64,000 bases of DNA from Nitrosopumilus sp. (GTDB lineage Archaea > Thermoproteota > Nitrososphaeria > Nitrososphaerales > Nitrosopumilaceae). The stretch is taken from assembly GCA_029861785.1 (NCBI GenBank), contig JAOTYR010000001.1, forward strand, positions 2,636-66,635, read 5' to 3'. Position 1 is the first letter of the stretch. Each line of letters starts with the position of its first letter. A model generated the notes under the pieces. It ran no database searches and was not told the origin of the DNA. It worked only from the letters and a program-made list of their open reading frames with translations. Shown here piece by piece: positions 29,086-38,861 of the stretch. The position numbers and the translations under genes are program-made.

Positions 29086-30987
29086 TTGTCTGAATTTATT
29101 ATTGAAAATGTTGGATTAAAGGTTGGTTTGGAAATTCATCAACAATTAGCTACTAATAAAAAATTATTTTGTAATTGCAAACCAATTGAATCTGATGAAT
29201 ATACTAGTAAATTTCAAAGAAAATTGCGAGCAGTAAAAAGTGAATTGGGAAAGTATGATCCTGCAGCTTTATTTGAAAAATCAAAATCAAAGACAATAAT
29301 GTATTATGCAAATCCTCAAAGTAGTTGTCTTGTAGAAAAAGATGAAGAACCACCCCATGATTTGGATAAAGATGCAAGAATACTAGCTTTGATTATTGCA
29401 TCTTCCTTAAAATCAAATATTTTTCCTGAATTATACCCAATGAGAAAAACAGTAATTGATGGTTCAAACACAACAGGTTTTCAACGAACCATTTTAATTT
29501 CGCAAGGTGGTTATATTGAAGTTAATGGAGATAAAATTGGTGTGCAATCAATTTGTCTAGAAGAGGATGCAGCAAAGCTTCTCGGAGATAAGGGAACTAT
29601 TAGAGAATATAGTCTTGACCGACTTGGGGTACCACTAGTTGAAATAGCATTAGATCCTGTTGAAGGAAAACCTGTAGAAATTAAAAAAATAGCATTGTCT
29701 CTTGGAAAATTGTTAAGAAGTACTAAAAAAGTAACAAGAGGCATTGGATCAATTCGACAAGATGTAAATGTATCTGTAAAAGATGGTGGAGCTGTAGTTG
29801 AGGTTAAGGGTGTTCAACAATTAGACCAATTAGAAAAAATTGTAGAATTTGAGGCTAAAAGACAATATGGCTTGGTCAAAATTGCTAAAAAATTACAAGA
29901 TTCAAATTTTCTGGGAATATCAAAAGATAATGTTTATGAGATAACCAATAATTGGAAAAATTGCCCATCAAAAATCATTCAAAAAGCCCTAAAAGACAAT
30001 TCCATTATCAAAGCAATAAAAATTCAGAATTTTGTAGGAATGTTTGGATATTCTCCCTACGAAGGAATTAGACTAGGAAAGGAGATAGGACAACTAGTAA
30101 AATTTTATGGGATTGGGGGAGTTTTTCATTCAGACGAGTTACCAAATTACGGAATAGAAGAAGAAGATATTATTATTGTAAAAAAAGTGCTTGACATTAA
30201 AGAGAATGATGCCTTTTTGATAATAGCTGCACCTTCATCTAAAATTGGCTTTGCTATAGACTCGATAATCAACAGGATCAACCAAGCCTCTAGTGGAGTT
30301 CCTGCAGAAACTAGATTGGCTACTCCAAATGGGGATACCGTATTTCTTAGACCGCGTCCAGGGGCTTCTAGAATGTATCCTGAAACTGATATTCCACCAA
30401 TTACTCTATCAAAAAATGAATTAGAATATGCCGAAAAAAATATTCCTAAACCTTGGAATGAATCTCTTGAAGAAATTCGAAAAAAATATGGTTTGAATGA
30501 ACAATTAGCTGAACAAATTTTTGATTCACCATATATTGATTTGTTTGAAAAAATTGTGAAAAAAACATCAGTTAATTCAACTTTTATTGCTTCGGTACTT
30601 TGTTCTTCAATAACTAGATTAGAAAGAGATGGATTGAACTCGAAATTGTTAAAAAATGAAGAGATTACAAAAGCCTTTGAACTTTTGGAAAACGGAAAGA
30701 TAACTAAAGAATCTATTGATATAATTTTTGAGAATATTATGGGTGAAAAATCAAATACCATCGAACAGGCTCTTAAAAATACCAAAATTGAGACAGTTGA
30801 CGAGATTAAATTGGAAAAAATAATTGGAAAAATAATAGATGAAAACAAAGGATTAATCCAAAATCAAAAAGAAAGAGCTATGGGTCCATTAATGGGAATT
30901 GCCATGAAGGAGCTTAGGGGAAAAGCTCCTGGAGAGATTATAAATAATCTTCTTTTGAAGAATATTAAGAAAATCTTGGAGAATTAG
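29086..30987 (+). CDS. gatE: Glu-tRNA(Gln) amidotransferase subunit E
   Basis: GLKVGLEIHQQL, IDGSNTTGFQRT, LDRLGVPLVEI, FHSDELP and RPRPGASRMYPETDIP. Confidence 0.95.
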   Translation: MSEFIIENVGLKVGLEIHQQLATNKKLFCNCKPIESDEYTSKFQRKLRAVKSELGKYDPAALFEKSKSKTIMYYANPQSSCLVEKDEEPPHDLDKDARILALIIASSLKSNIFPELYPMRKTVIDGSNTTGFQRTILISQGGYIEVNGDKIGVQSICLEEDAAKLLGDKGTIREYSLDRLGVPLVEIALDPVEGKPVEIKKIALSLGKLLRSTKKVTRGIGSIRQDVNVSVKDGGAVVEVKGVQQLDQLEKIVEFEAKRQYGLVKIAKKLQDSNFLGISKDNVYEITNNWKNCPSKIIQKALKDNSIIKAIKIQNFVGMFGYSPYEGIRLGKEIGQLVKFYGIGGVFHSDELPNYGIEEEDIIIVKKVLDIKENDAFLIIAAPSSKIGFAIDSIINRINQASSGVPAETRLATPNGDTVFLRPRPGASRMYPETDIPPITLSKNELEYAEKNIPKPWNESLEEIRKKYGLNEQLAEQIFDSPYIDLFEKIVKKTSVNSTFIASVLCSSITRLERDGLNSKLLKNEEITKAFELLENGKITKESIDIIFENIMGEKSNTIEQALKNTKIETVDEIKLEKIIGKIIDENKGLIQNQKERAMGPLMGIAMKELRGKAPGEIINNLLLKNIKKILEN

Positions 30988-30999
30988 TAATGATTTGTA

Positions 31000-31084
31000 T
31001 GCGGGAGGTGGGATTTGAACCCACGAACTCCTAGAAGATAAGGATCTGAACCTTACACCGTTGGCCAGGCTGGGTGACTCCCGC
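31000..31084 (-). tRNA. tRNA-Leu(CAG)
   Basis: GCGGGAG/CTCCCGC acceptor stem, TAAGG-TTCAGAT-CCTTA anticodon arm, long variable arm and GTTCAAATC T loop. Confidence 0.92.
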
Positions 31085-31165
31085 AATTTGAAACTTGAAA
31101 ATCTAGAATAAGTTTCTTTATTACACAGTTTTTTAAAATCGATCCAAGTAACTTACTGTGATAAA

Positions 31166-31330
31166 ATGAAATTTAGAGAAATTTATTGTAATAATTGCAA
31201 GAAGGTGTTAGGTCGATATAATACCAAATACTACGATAGTGGTAAAATTAAAGAAATATTAAATTCTAGACATTCAACACATGTGCGGAAAGGTCATCGA
31301 GTGGTATTCAGAGATTTTTTCAAAGAATGA
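31166..31330 (+). CDS. 54-aa putative Zn-binding microprotein (not in ORF track)
   Basis: MKFREIYCNNCKKVLGRYNTKYYDSGKIKEILNSRHSTHVRKGHRVVFRDFFKE*, with CxxC...HxxH...GH. Confidence 0.6.
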   Translation: MKFREIYCNNCKKVLGRYNTKYYDSGKIKEILNSRHSTHVRKGHRVVFRDFFKE

Positions 31331-31866
31331 TCAAGGTATTGAATTTAATTTGTTAACAGCATCTGAAAGAGAAGAAATTATTTTTAAAATAGAAATATGC
31401 ATATTCTAAGGTTGGGAGTAAATTAAAAAAAATTTCTTATATTCTAAAAATTTTTTGTTATTTAGAGGAGAATCATCAATAAAGAGATCGTAGTCCAAAT
31501 CTGCCTTCATTGTTCCATCTATTACAGAGACATAATTTTCATATTTTACTTCATGTAGTTTTGGGCAATTTTTTAAAAAATATCAGTAGACAATTCTCTT
31601 GCTGTAACAATATCTACCTGACCAAATTCAGCTAATTCTTTTGTAATTTGAGACAAATAAGGCTCAGTTGGAGGAAGAATATGCCAATTTTTCCAACATA
31701 ACGTTAGTTCTTTGTAAAAATTATATCTATTTATGTCGAATTTTTTCCAAAAATCCCAGGTTGTAATTTCTTCTTTAAAAATAGTAGGCCTAATTTGATT
31801 ACTATAGCTTAACCAAGATTCAATTACATCTGCTATAACTCCATCAACATCTAAGGCAATTTTCAA
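31331..31866 (-). pseudogene. 5'(3')-deoxyribonucleotidase-like HAD hydrolase, disrupted
   Basis: IALDVDGV and IVTAR, then a frameshift near 31573. A second frame continues K.DLDYDLFIDDSP...YSQP*N with an in-frame TAG at 31406-31408. Confidence 0.8.
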
Positions 31867-31876
31867 TTTTTAATAA

Positions 31877-32959
31877 CTACTCAGATGAATTTTGAAACTC
31901 TTGTAAAATATTTTTTTGATGCTTGCTAATTTTTTTTGGTATGTTTACCACAACTCTGATATATTGATCTCCTCGACCTCGAGAATTCATTCGTGGTAAT
32001 CCTTTTCCTTTTAATTTGATTATAGTATTTGGTTGACTACCTGCTTCAATTTTTATTTTTTCATTTCCATTTAAAACTGGAATAGTTACTTCTTTTCCAA
32101 GAGTAGCGTCAATCATTGAAATATCTTGATCATAAAAAATATCTGCTCCATCTCTTTTAAAATTTTGATGAGATAAAATACGAATCCTAATAATTAGATC
32201 TCCGTTCATACCTCCAGGAATTTCATCCCCTTCATTTGGAATTGTGTAATCGCCATTATCAACACCTGGTGGTATATCAAAAGATAATTTTTTGATTCCT
32301 TTTTTCTTACCACTTCCTTTGCATTCAGTACAGGGCGTTTCAATTATTGATCCTTTACCTCTACACGAAGTACAAGGCTCAACGGTTACAAAAGAAGCAA
32401 ATCCCATGCTTCTACTTTTACGAACTTGACCTTGTCCTTTACAACTACTACAAGTTTTTTGATTTGTTCCAGATTTACAACCTGAACCATTACAAGTATT
32501 ACATTCAATATTTTTATTTAATTCTATTTCCATTTTTTTTCCAGAAAAAACATCCTCTAAAGTGATTGAAGTCTCATATAGAAGATCAGATCCTCTTTGT
32601 TGTTGTGCCCCAAAACCTCCTCCTCTGCCAAATATTGATTCAAAAATAGAGTCAAATCCTCCTCCACCTCGTCCAAAAATATCGCTAAAATTTGCACTAG
32701 CACCTTGGAAAATATCATCAGAGCTATATCGCCCATCAACTCCTGCATGACCGTATAGGTCGTAAATTTTTCTTTTCTCAGGATCCGAAATAACAGCATA
32801 TGCTTCAGAAATTTCTTTAAAATGTTCTGCTGCTTCTTTAGTTTTGTTTCTATCAGGATGAAACTTTAAAGCTAATTTTCTATATTGAGACTTAATTTCG
32901 TCTACAGGAGTAGTTTTTGAAACTCCTAAAACCTCATAATAATCTCGTTTGGCAGTCAT
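31877..32959 (-). CDS. dnaJ: Chaperone DnaJ
   Basis: J domain with HPD, G/F region and four CxxCxGxG repeats. Confidence 0.96.
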   Translation of the reverse strand: MTAKRDYYEVLGVSKTTPVDEIKSQYRKLALKFHPDRNKTKEAAEHFKEISEAYAVISDPEKRKIYDLYGHAGVDGRYSSDDIFQGASANFSDIFGRGGGGFDSIFESIFGRGGGFGAQQQRGSDLLYETSITLEDVFSGKKMEIELNKNIECNTCNGSGCKSGTNQKTCSSCKGQGQVRKSRSMGFASFVTVEPCTSCRGKGSIIETPCTECKGSGKKKGIKKLSFDIPPGVDNGDYTIPNEGDEIPGGMNGDLIIRIRILSHQNFKRDGADIFYDQDISMIDATLGKEVTIPVLNGNEKIKIEAGSQPNTIIKLKGKGLPRMNSRGRGDQYIRVVVNIPKKISKHQKNILQEFQNSSE

Positions 32960-33008
32960 GAATTAATCTTTAATTGTTATTGCTGTATAAACGATTAATT
33001 TCCTAGAA

Positions 33009-34889
33009 TTAGTTATTTTTTGTTTCATCAGTTGAAGATGATTCAGAAGCTTGTTCAGTTGTTGTTTGCTCTTGTCCCTCACCTGTTTGGTTTTGTGATT
33101 CTTTACCTCTTTCTTGCTCTGAACCTGGAGGTGGTGTAGCGTTTTTGTAAAGTTCAGTAGTAATTTCATTTACTGTTGATTTTAATGCCTCTAGTTTTGG
33201 TTTTAGTTCATCTACTTCTTTATCTAATACTTCTTTTACTTCTTTTACTGCATCTGTAACCTTAATTCCTTGTTCTTGGGAAATTTTATCCTTAAGGTCA
33301 TGATTAACTAATTTTTCTGTGGTGTAAATGAAACTTTCAGCCTCATTTTTAAGATCAATTTTTTCTTTTTTCTTTTTATCTTCTTCAGAGAATTTTTCTG
33401 CATCTTCTTTAAGTTTTTCAATTTCTTCTTTGGAAAGTTTTGTGTTAGACTCAATTGTAATTGTAGCTTCTTTTTGTGTACCAAAATCTTTTGCTGTGAC
33501 ATTAATTATCCCATTTGCATCTATGTCAAATTTCACTTCAATTTGGGGAACACCTCTTGGTGCAGGTGGTAAATCAGTTAGATTGAAGCTTCCCAAAGAT
33601 ACGTTATCATTGGCCATGGGACGTTCTCCCTGGACTACGTGAATCGTAACTGCGGTTTGGTTATCTGCCGCAGTTGTGAATACCTTACTTTTTGATGTTG
33701 GAATCGTGGTGTTACGCTCAATAAGAGGCTCTCGAACTCCCCCCATTGTTTCAATACCTAACGTCAATGGAGTCACATCTAATAATACAATATCGCTTGT
33801 GACATCTCCCGCAATTATGCCTGCTTGAATAGCTGCTCCCATTGCAACGGCTTCCATTGGATCTACACCTGATTCTACATCTTTTGCTAAAACTTCACTA
33901 ACAAATTTTCTAACTAAGGGAATTCTTGTGGGTCCTCCAACCATTACTATTTTGTTAATATTTGATTTTGTTAATTTAGCGTCTTCAAGAGCTTTTTCTA
34001 TAGAAGGTCTACAACGTTCAATTATTGGATTTATTAATTCATCTAATTTTGCTCGTGTTATCCTTAATTCAAGGTTCTTAGCACCTGAAGAAGGATCATG
34101 TGAAATGAAAGGAAGATTGATGTCTGTTTCCATTACAGTAGAAAGTTCAATTTTTGCTTTTTCAGAACCTTCTCTAATTCTGGTCATTGCTGTAGTATCT
34201 TGTGAAAGATCTAATCCTTCTTTTTTCTTAAATTCGTCTAGGACATAATCAATTATCACTTTATCCATATCAGTACCACCTAATTGGGTATCGCCTGAAG
34301 TACTCATTACTTCAAATACACCACCACCCATTTCCATGACAGTAACATCCAAAGTTCCTCCACCAAAATCAAAAACAAGGATTTTCATATCTTGTTTAGC
34401 TTTATCTAACCCAAAGGCTAATGATGCTGCTGTTGGTTCATTGATTATCCTTACTACATCTAAACCTGCAATAGTACCAGCATCTTTTGTTGCTTGTCTT
34501 TGATTATCGTCAAAATATGCGGGAACTGTAATTACAGCTTTTTCTACTGGTTCCCCTACAAAAGCTTCTGCATCTTTTTTTATTTTCTGAAGAATAAAAG
34601 CAGAGATTTGTTGGGGTTTGTATTCTTTGTCTTGAATTTTAAAGATATGATCACTCCCCATTTTCCTTTTTGCTGCAATTATGGTACTATCAGGATTTGT
34701 TACAGCTTGTCTTCGTGCAGGTTCCCCAACCAAAAGATCCCCTTCTTTTGTAAATGCCACAACTGAGGGAAATGCTTTACCTCCTACAGTTGCTCCTTCA
34801 GCAGCTGGAATAATTGTAGGCTTACCACCCATAATTACAGAGGCAGCTGAATTACTTGTTCCTAAATCAATTCCTATTATTTTAACCAT
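33009..34889 (-). CDS. dnaK: Chaperone DnaK (Hsp70)
   Basis: [32 protein letters not shown] and [11 protein letters not shown]. Confidence 0.97.
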   Translation of the reverse strand: MVKIIGIDLGTSNSAASVIMGGKPTIIPAAEGATVGGKAFPSVVAFTKEGDLLVGEPARRQAVTNPDSTIIAAKRKMGSDHIFKIQDKEYKPQQISAFILQKIKKDAEAFVGEPVEKAVITVPAYFDDNQRQATKDAGTIAGLDVVRIINEPTAASLAFGLDKAKQDMKILVFDFGGGTLDVTVMEMGGGVFEVMSTSGDTQLGGTDMDKVIIDYVLDEFKKKEGLDLSQDTTAMTRIREGSEKAKIELSTVMETDINLPFISHDPSSGAKNLELRITRAKLDELINPIIERCRPSIEKALEDAKLTKSNINKIVMVGGPTRIPLVRKFVSEVLAKDVESGVDPMEAVAMGAAIQAGIIAGDVTSDIVLLDVTPLTLGIETMGGVREPLIERNTTIPTSKSKVFTTAADNQTAVTIHVVQGERPMANDNVSLGSFNLTDLPPAPRGVPQIEVKFDIDANGIINVTAKDFGTQKEATITIESNTKLSKEEIEKLKEDAEKFSEEDKKKKEKIDLKNEAESFIYTTEKLVNHDLKDKISQEQGIKVTDAVKEVKEVLDKEVDELKPKLEALKSTVNEITTELYKNATPPPGSEQERGKESQNQTGEGQEQTTTEQASESSSTDETKNN

Positions 34890-35472
34890 TTTTACCTTTA
34901 CCTTGTTTTTTTGAAATTTCTACTAGTGTTGGTCTAATAATCTTATTATGAGAAATATATCCTTTCCTGATTTCTTTGGTTATTGTGTTGTCATCAAGTT
35001 CAGGATCACTGATTATGGAGATTGCTTCATGTAAATTAGGATCGAAAATTTCCCCCAAGGCATCAATTGGAGTTACATGATTCTTTTCAAGTAAGGAATT
35101 CATATTTTTTAAAATAGAATCCAATCCCTCAATATTTCCTTCATTATTTGCAAAAACTTCTTTTGCTCTAACAAAATCATCATAAATTTTAAGAAATTCT
35201 AACATAAACTGGGCTAATTTGATATTTATTCCATTTTTAACTTCAAATTCAGTTTTTTTATTTAAATTTTGGAAATCTGCTATAACATGTTTTAATTTAT
35301 TTTCTAAATCTTGTGATTTTTCCTTTTCTTTTTCCAAAAGAATTTTCAATTCTTCTGAGGAAATATTTTTATCAATTTCTAGGATCAGATTTTTTTCCTT
35401 GCTATTATTATGCTCGGAAATGATAGTAACTGGAATTTCATCCGAAGTTTTTTCATCTGACATTTCAAACAC
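34882..35472 (-). CDS. grpE: Nucleotide exchange factor GrpE
   Basis: [15 protein letters not shown] and KGY...IIRP..V. The start is probably the ATG at 35463. Confidence 0.93.
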   Translation of the reverse strand: MFEMSDEKTSDEIPVTIISEHNNSKEKNLILEIDKNISSEELKILLEKEKEKSQDLENKLKHVIADFQNLNKKTEFEVKNGINIKLAQFMLEFLKIYDDFVRAKEVFANNEGNIEGLDSILKNMNSLLEKNHVTPIDALGEIFDPNLHEAISIISDPELDDNTITKEIRKGYISHNKIIRPTLVEISKKQGKGKNG

Positions 35473-35498
35473 AGTAATTGATAAGCTAATTTATACTC

Positions 35499-36653
35499 TT
35501 ATTGAATGGTTTCACATAAAGGATTTGCTTTAACAATAATTAGATTAGAATCTTTTTTATTTTTTTCAATATTTTCAAAATCTCCTTTTGAACAAGCTAC
35601 TACTATAGTAGTTTTATCGCTATGAAATAGATCTAAATGAGGATCCTCATAAGCCTCAACATCACCAATATAATCCCGTAATCGCGAAGTTAGATTTTGT
35701 AACATTTCAATTTTATCCCCTCTCATTGCATGTTGATCAAGAGTCCAGGATATTGCAATCTTTGTTCTACTTGCTTTAAGATCGTTTTTCTTTAAGGTAG
35801 CCCGTATTTCATCAATTAATCTTTTAATGTATCCATCTATTCCTTTAACACTTCCATTAATTAGGTACATGAGAGTATTTGCTCCTTCAAAGGAGGAACC
35901 TAGTGATTTTAGATCATGTAACCCGGTAACCATGTCATCTAAGAATATTTCTTGAAAGACATCAGATGAAAGATCCTTCTTTGTAATATCATCTTGGGCG
36001 TATTTACAAACTTCCAAAATGCTACAAAGGCTTGAAAAGTTAGACAAAACATTGATTGCATGAAAATGTTCCGACGAAGAAATTGCAACAAATTTTTTTT
36101 CTTTCTTTCCTGTAGATAACAGCTCAGCTAATTTTGGATCTTCTTTTCCATTATATGACCCAATTGTTTTTGGTTGTTGATTTAGATCTTCTAAAGGATA
36201 GTAAAAATAAGAGATTTGTTTTCCAATTTCTAAACCAGTAATATGCTCTAATAATGAAATATTTTCATTGTTTCCACCAAACCCTGTTGGCAAGGTGTAG
36301 ATGATAGAACTATTCTTTTTTAGAGAATTTGTTGCATCTTTAAATTTGGAGTGAATTTCTGTTTTTATATCCTGGCCAGTTTTCCTTACTCTGGGAGTAA
36401 AAAAAAGATATTGAGCCTTTGAAATTGCAACATCTATTGGTTCCATTGCCAATAATGGTTCATCTTCTTTTAGCGAAGTAACATTTGGATAAATTTTAGC
36501 GATTTCCGCTTTTAGCGAAATAGCGGAGGGATTAGATTCATCTATAATGTAGACATCTGCACCTTTCATTGCCATTTGAGAGGCAATTGCATATCCCTCT
36601 GTACTTAGACCATATACGACAACTTTTGATCCAACCATTACATTGACAGCCAT
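35499..36653 (-). CDS. Divergent nucleotide-sugar dehydrogenase-like protein
   Basis: KVVVYGLSTEGYAIA is a degenerate Rossmann start. Length and layout resemble UDP-glucose/GDP-mannose dehydrogenases, but no catalytic GGxC is seen. Confidence 0.5.
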   Translation of the reverse strand: MAVNVMVGSKVVVYGLSTEGYAIASQMAMKGADVYIIDESNPSAISLKAEIAKIYPNVTSLKEDEPLLAMEPIDVAISKAQYLFFTPRVRKTGQDIKTEIHSKFKDATNSLKKNSSIIYTLPTGFGGNNENISLLEHITGLEIGKQISYFYYPLEDLNQQPKTIGSYNGKEDPKLAELLSTGKKEKKFVAISSSEHFHAINVLSNFSSLCSILEVCKYAQDDITKKDLSSDVFQEIFLDDMVTGLHDLKSLGSSFEGANTLMYLINGSVKGIDGYIKRLIDEIRATLKKNDLKASRTKIAISWTLDQHAMRGDKIEMLQNLTSRLRDYIGDVEAYEDPHLDLFHSDKTTIVVACSKGDFENIEKNKKDSNLIIVKANPLCETIQ

Positions 36654-37037
36654 AATCGACTAAGAAAAACTTATTGAACTTATGATTAGGAGGAAAAATA
36701 CAATGAATTTTTGGATTTTGCTCAACCTAGAAGTACAATAATACTCAGATTTGCTTAATTTACTTTGTGCATAATTTTGGAAAGTGTAATAAAAATCCCT
36801 GAGAAGAATTATTTTATAAATAATCTCCTAAAAGTGAATCAAATTCCTAAAAATTCCTCAAAAAACTACTAGTATTATTTTATGATGGAATAAAAAAGAC
36901 AATAATAGTTTAGAGTAATTATAGATTTCAATTATTAAAATTACTTGATGTAATTTAGGAATGTTAAATGATTTTTCTATTTCCAAAATTAAGATGATAA
37001 AAAGTTCATTAAGGGAATTAGTCTGCTGGATTTTGTA

Positions 37038-37110
37038 AGCCCGGTAGTGTAGCGGTCAAGCATAGGGGCCTTTGGAGCCCTTGACCCCAGTTCGAGTCTG
37101 GGCCGGGCTA
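37038..37110 (+). tRNA. tRNA-Gln(UUG)
   Basis: AGCCCGG/CCGGGCT acceptor stem with the archaeal tRNA-Gln A1-U72 pair, loop CTTTGGA, and T loop TTCGAGT. Confidence 0.95.
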
Positions 37111-37122
37111 CTAGTCTGCTTT

Positions 37123-37884
37123 TCAAAAATCTAATTTAGTAAGAAGTTTGGTTGCAATAAGAAATAAAATAGACGCAATTATTGCAAGAATTCCCATTTC
37201 AATAATTACAAATTCATTAACATTTCCAAAAATTCCAGCCCGAATTATATCAACTAAATAGGTTAGTGGATTCAAGTAAAAAGCAGTTTTTAGAGGTTCT
37301 GGAGCTCCTGAGGCTGGATAAAATGCGGTACTTACAAAAGCAAAGAAAAGAAATGCCGTGTTTAAGATTACATTAAATCCTTCACTAGATCGTAATTTAG
37401 TTGCAATTATTGATGCTATTGAACCAAACAGAACTGATCCAGTTACTGCTGCAAAAACTATCAAAGGAATTGTAAACAGAGAGAATTCAATAGAATCAAA
37501 AAATACTGGATACCCAATTAGTGCAATCAATGCTGCACTTACCAAACCAATAATCCCGATTGTACAAATATTACTCAAAATATAATTTGCTCTGGTAAAT
37601 GGTCCAGACATAATTTGTTCAAACATTGCGTATTTCCTATCGTTCCAAATAATGATACCGGAAACTAAGGTACTATTCATAATGTTAAATCCAATCATTC
37701 CAGACGCCAAAAAAGCTGGATATGCTAACCCCCTGATACCATAAGGAACTTCTTGTATTAACGAAGAATAAGCAAATCCAGCAATAAAGATGTAAATCAC
37801 TGGGAAAATTATTTGCCAAAGTAAAAATGCCGGATTAATAGAAATTGTTAAATTTCTATTTACAAGTCTAATTATTGGATACAT
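37123..37884 (-). CDS. ABC-2 type exporter permease
   Basis: Six TM segments, with STAFYP and NPLTYLVD..R. Confidence 0.88.
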   Translation of the reverse strand: MYPIIRLVNRNLTISINPAFLLWQIIFPVIYIFIAGFAYSSLIQEVPYGIRGLAYPAFLASGMIGFNIMNSTLVSGIIIWNDRKYAMFEQIMSGPFTRANYILSNICTIGIIGLVSAALIALIGYPVFFDSIEFSLFTIPLIVFAAVTGSVLFGSIASIIATKLRSSEGFNVILNTAFLFFAFVSTAFYPASGAPEPLKTAFYLNPLTYLVDIIRAGIFGNVNEFVIIEMGILAIIASILFLIATKLLTKLDF

Positions 37885-38806
37885 TGTCCTCCACCATTTT
37901 TAAGAAAATTTCTTCAAGGTTTGTTGGAACCGCAGAAAGATCATCGATTTCAATATCATTTTCATTTAAAATTTTTAATATTTTCATTAACACCAATTCT
38001 GATTGTTCAGAATGTATTATGATATTTGTCCCAGTATCGAAATCGATTTTGCAGTCAGGAATATCAGAAAGATATGATTTAATTTCTTGTTGATTTTTTA
38101 ATAGGTGAATTTTTATTGTTTTTTCCTTACCAAATCGGTTTTTTAAGGCATTAGGGGTATCAACTGCAAGAATCTTACCTTTGTCAATTATTGCTATTTC
38201 ATCACAAAGATATTCAGCTTCAGTTAGAATGTGTGTGGTAAAAAATATTGTTAAGCCGGTTTTTACCTTATTTTTCAAATAATCTAATAATTTTCTTCGT
38301 GCACTAGGATCTAAACCTACAGTTGGTTCATCTAAAAATAAAAGATCCATATCGTGCATAAATTCACGTGCTACTTGGACTCGTCTTCTTTGCCCAATTG
38401 ACAAATCTTCATTTCTTTTCTTCCGAATTTCGATTAAATCAAAATCCTCCAAGAGTTTTTCCATCCTATTTTTGCGCTCAATATTGGGCACATTCCACAT
38501 CATTCCATATTTCTCAAGAGATTTTTCTACAGTTAATGTTGGTTCATAGCTTGGTTGCTGTAAAACTACTCCAATTTTATGACGCAATTCAAGAGGATTT
38601 TTTATGGCATCTATACCTAAAATATTAAGAGAACCACTAGAAGGTTGAATCAGAGTTGTAAGAAGTTTGATCGTTGTAGATTTTCCCGCCCCATTGGGTC
38701 CCAGAAATCCAAAAACTTGGCCACTTTTTACAGACATTGTGATATCATTAACCGCTTTGACAGATCCATAAGATTTCGATAAACTTTCAGCATTGATACA
38801 CAACAT
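37868..38806 (-). CDS. ABC exporter ATP-binding protein (DrrA-like)
   Basis: GPNGAGKST, LSIGQRRR, LDEPTVGLDP and NLEEIF. Confidence 0.92.
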   Translation of the reverse strand: MLCINAESLSKSYGSVKAVNDITMSVKSGQVFGFLGPNGAGKSTTIKLLTTLIQPSSGSLNILGIDAIKNPLELRHKIGVVLQQPSYEPTLTVEKSLEKYGMMWNVPNIERKNRMEKLLEDFDLIEIRKKRNEDLSIGQRRRVQVAREFMHDMDLLFLDEPTVGLDPSARRKLLDYLKNKVKTGLTIFFTTHILTEAEYLCDEIAIIDKGKILAVDTPNALKNRFGKEKTIKIHLLKNQQEIKSYLSDIPDCKIDFDTGTNIIIHSEQSELVLMKILKILNENDIEIDDLSAVPTNLEEIFLKMVEDNVSNN

Positions 38807-38861
38807 GACCCAGTTCCGATCTGCTTACTAATTTAGGTAATGAAATTTTTATTAATAGACC

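Noticed and set aside
31040..31056. TCA in the tRNA loop read as a Sec or opal-suppressor anticodon
   Set aside because: The perfect TAAGG/CCTTA stem centres CAG in the 7-nt loop. The shifted register does not pair.
36654..37037. Long AT-rich spacer before tRNA-Gln as an origin or integration scar
   Set aside because: No ORB-like repeats, no att duplication of the tRNA end, no nearby cdc6 or integrase, and no credible ORF.
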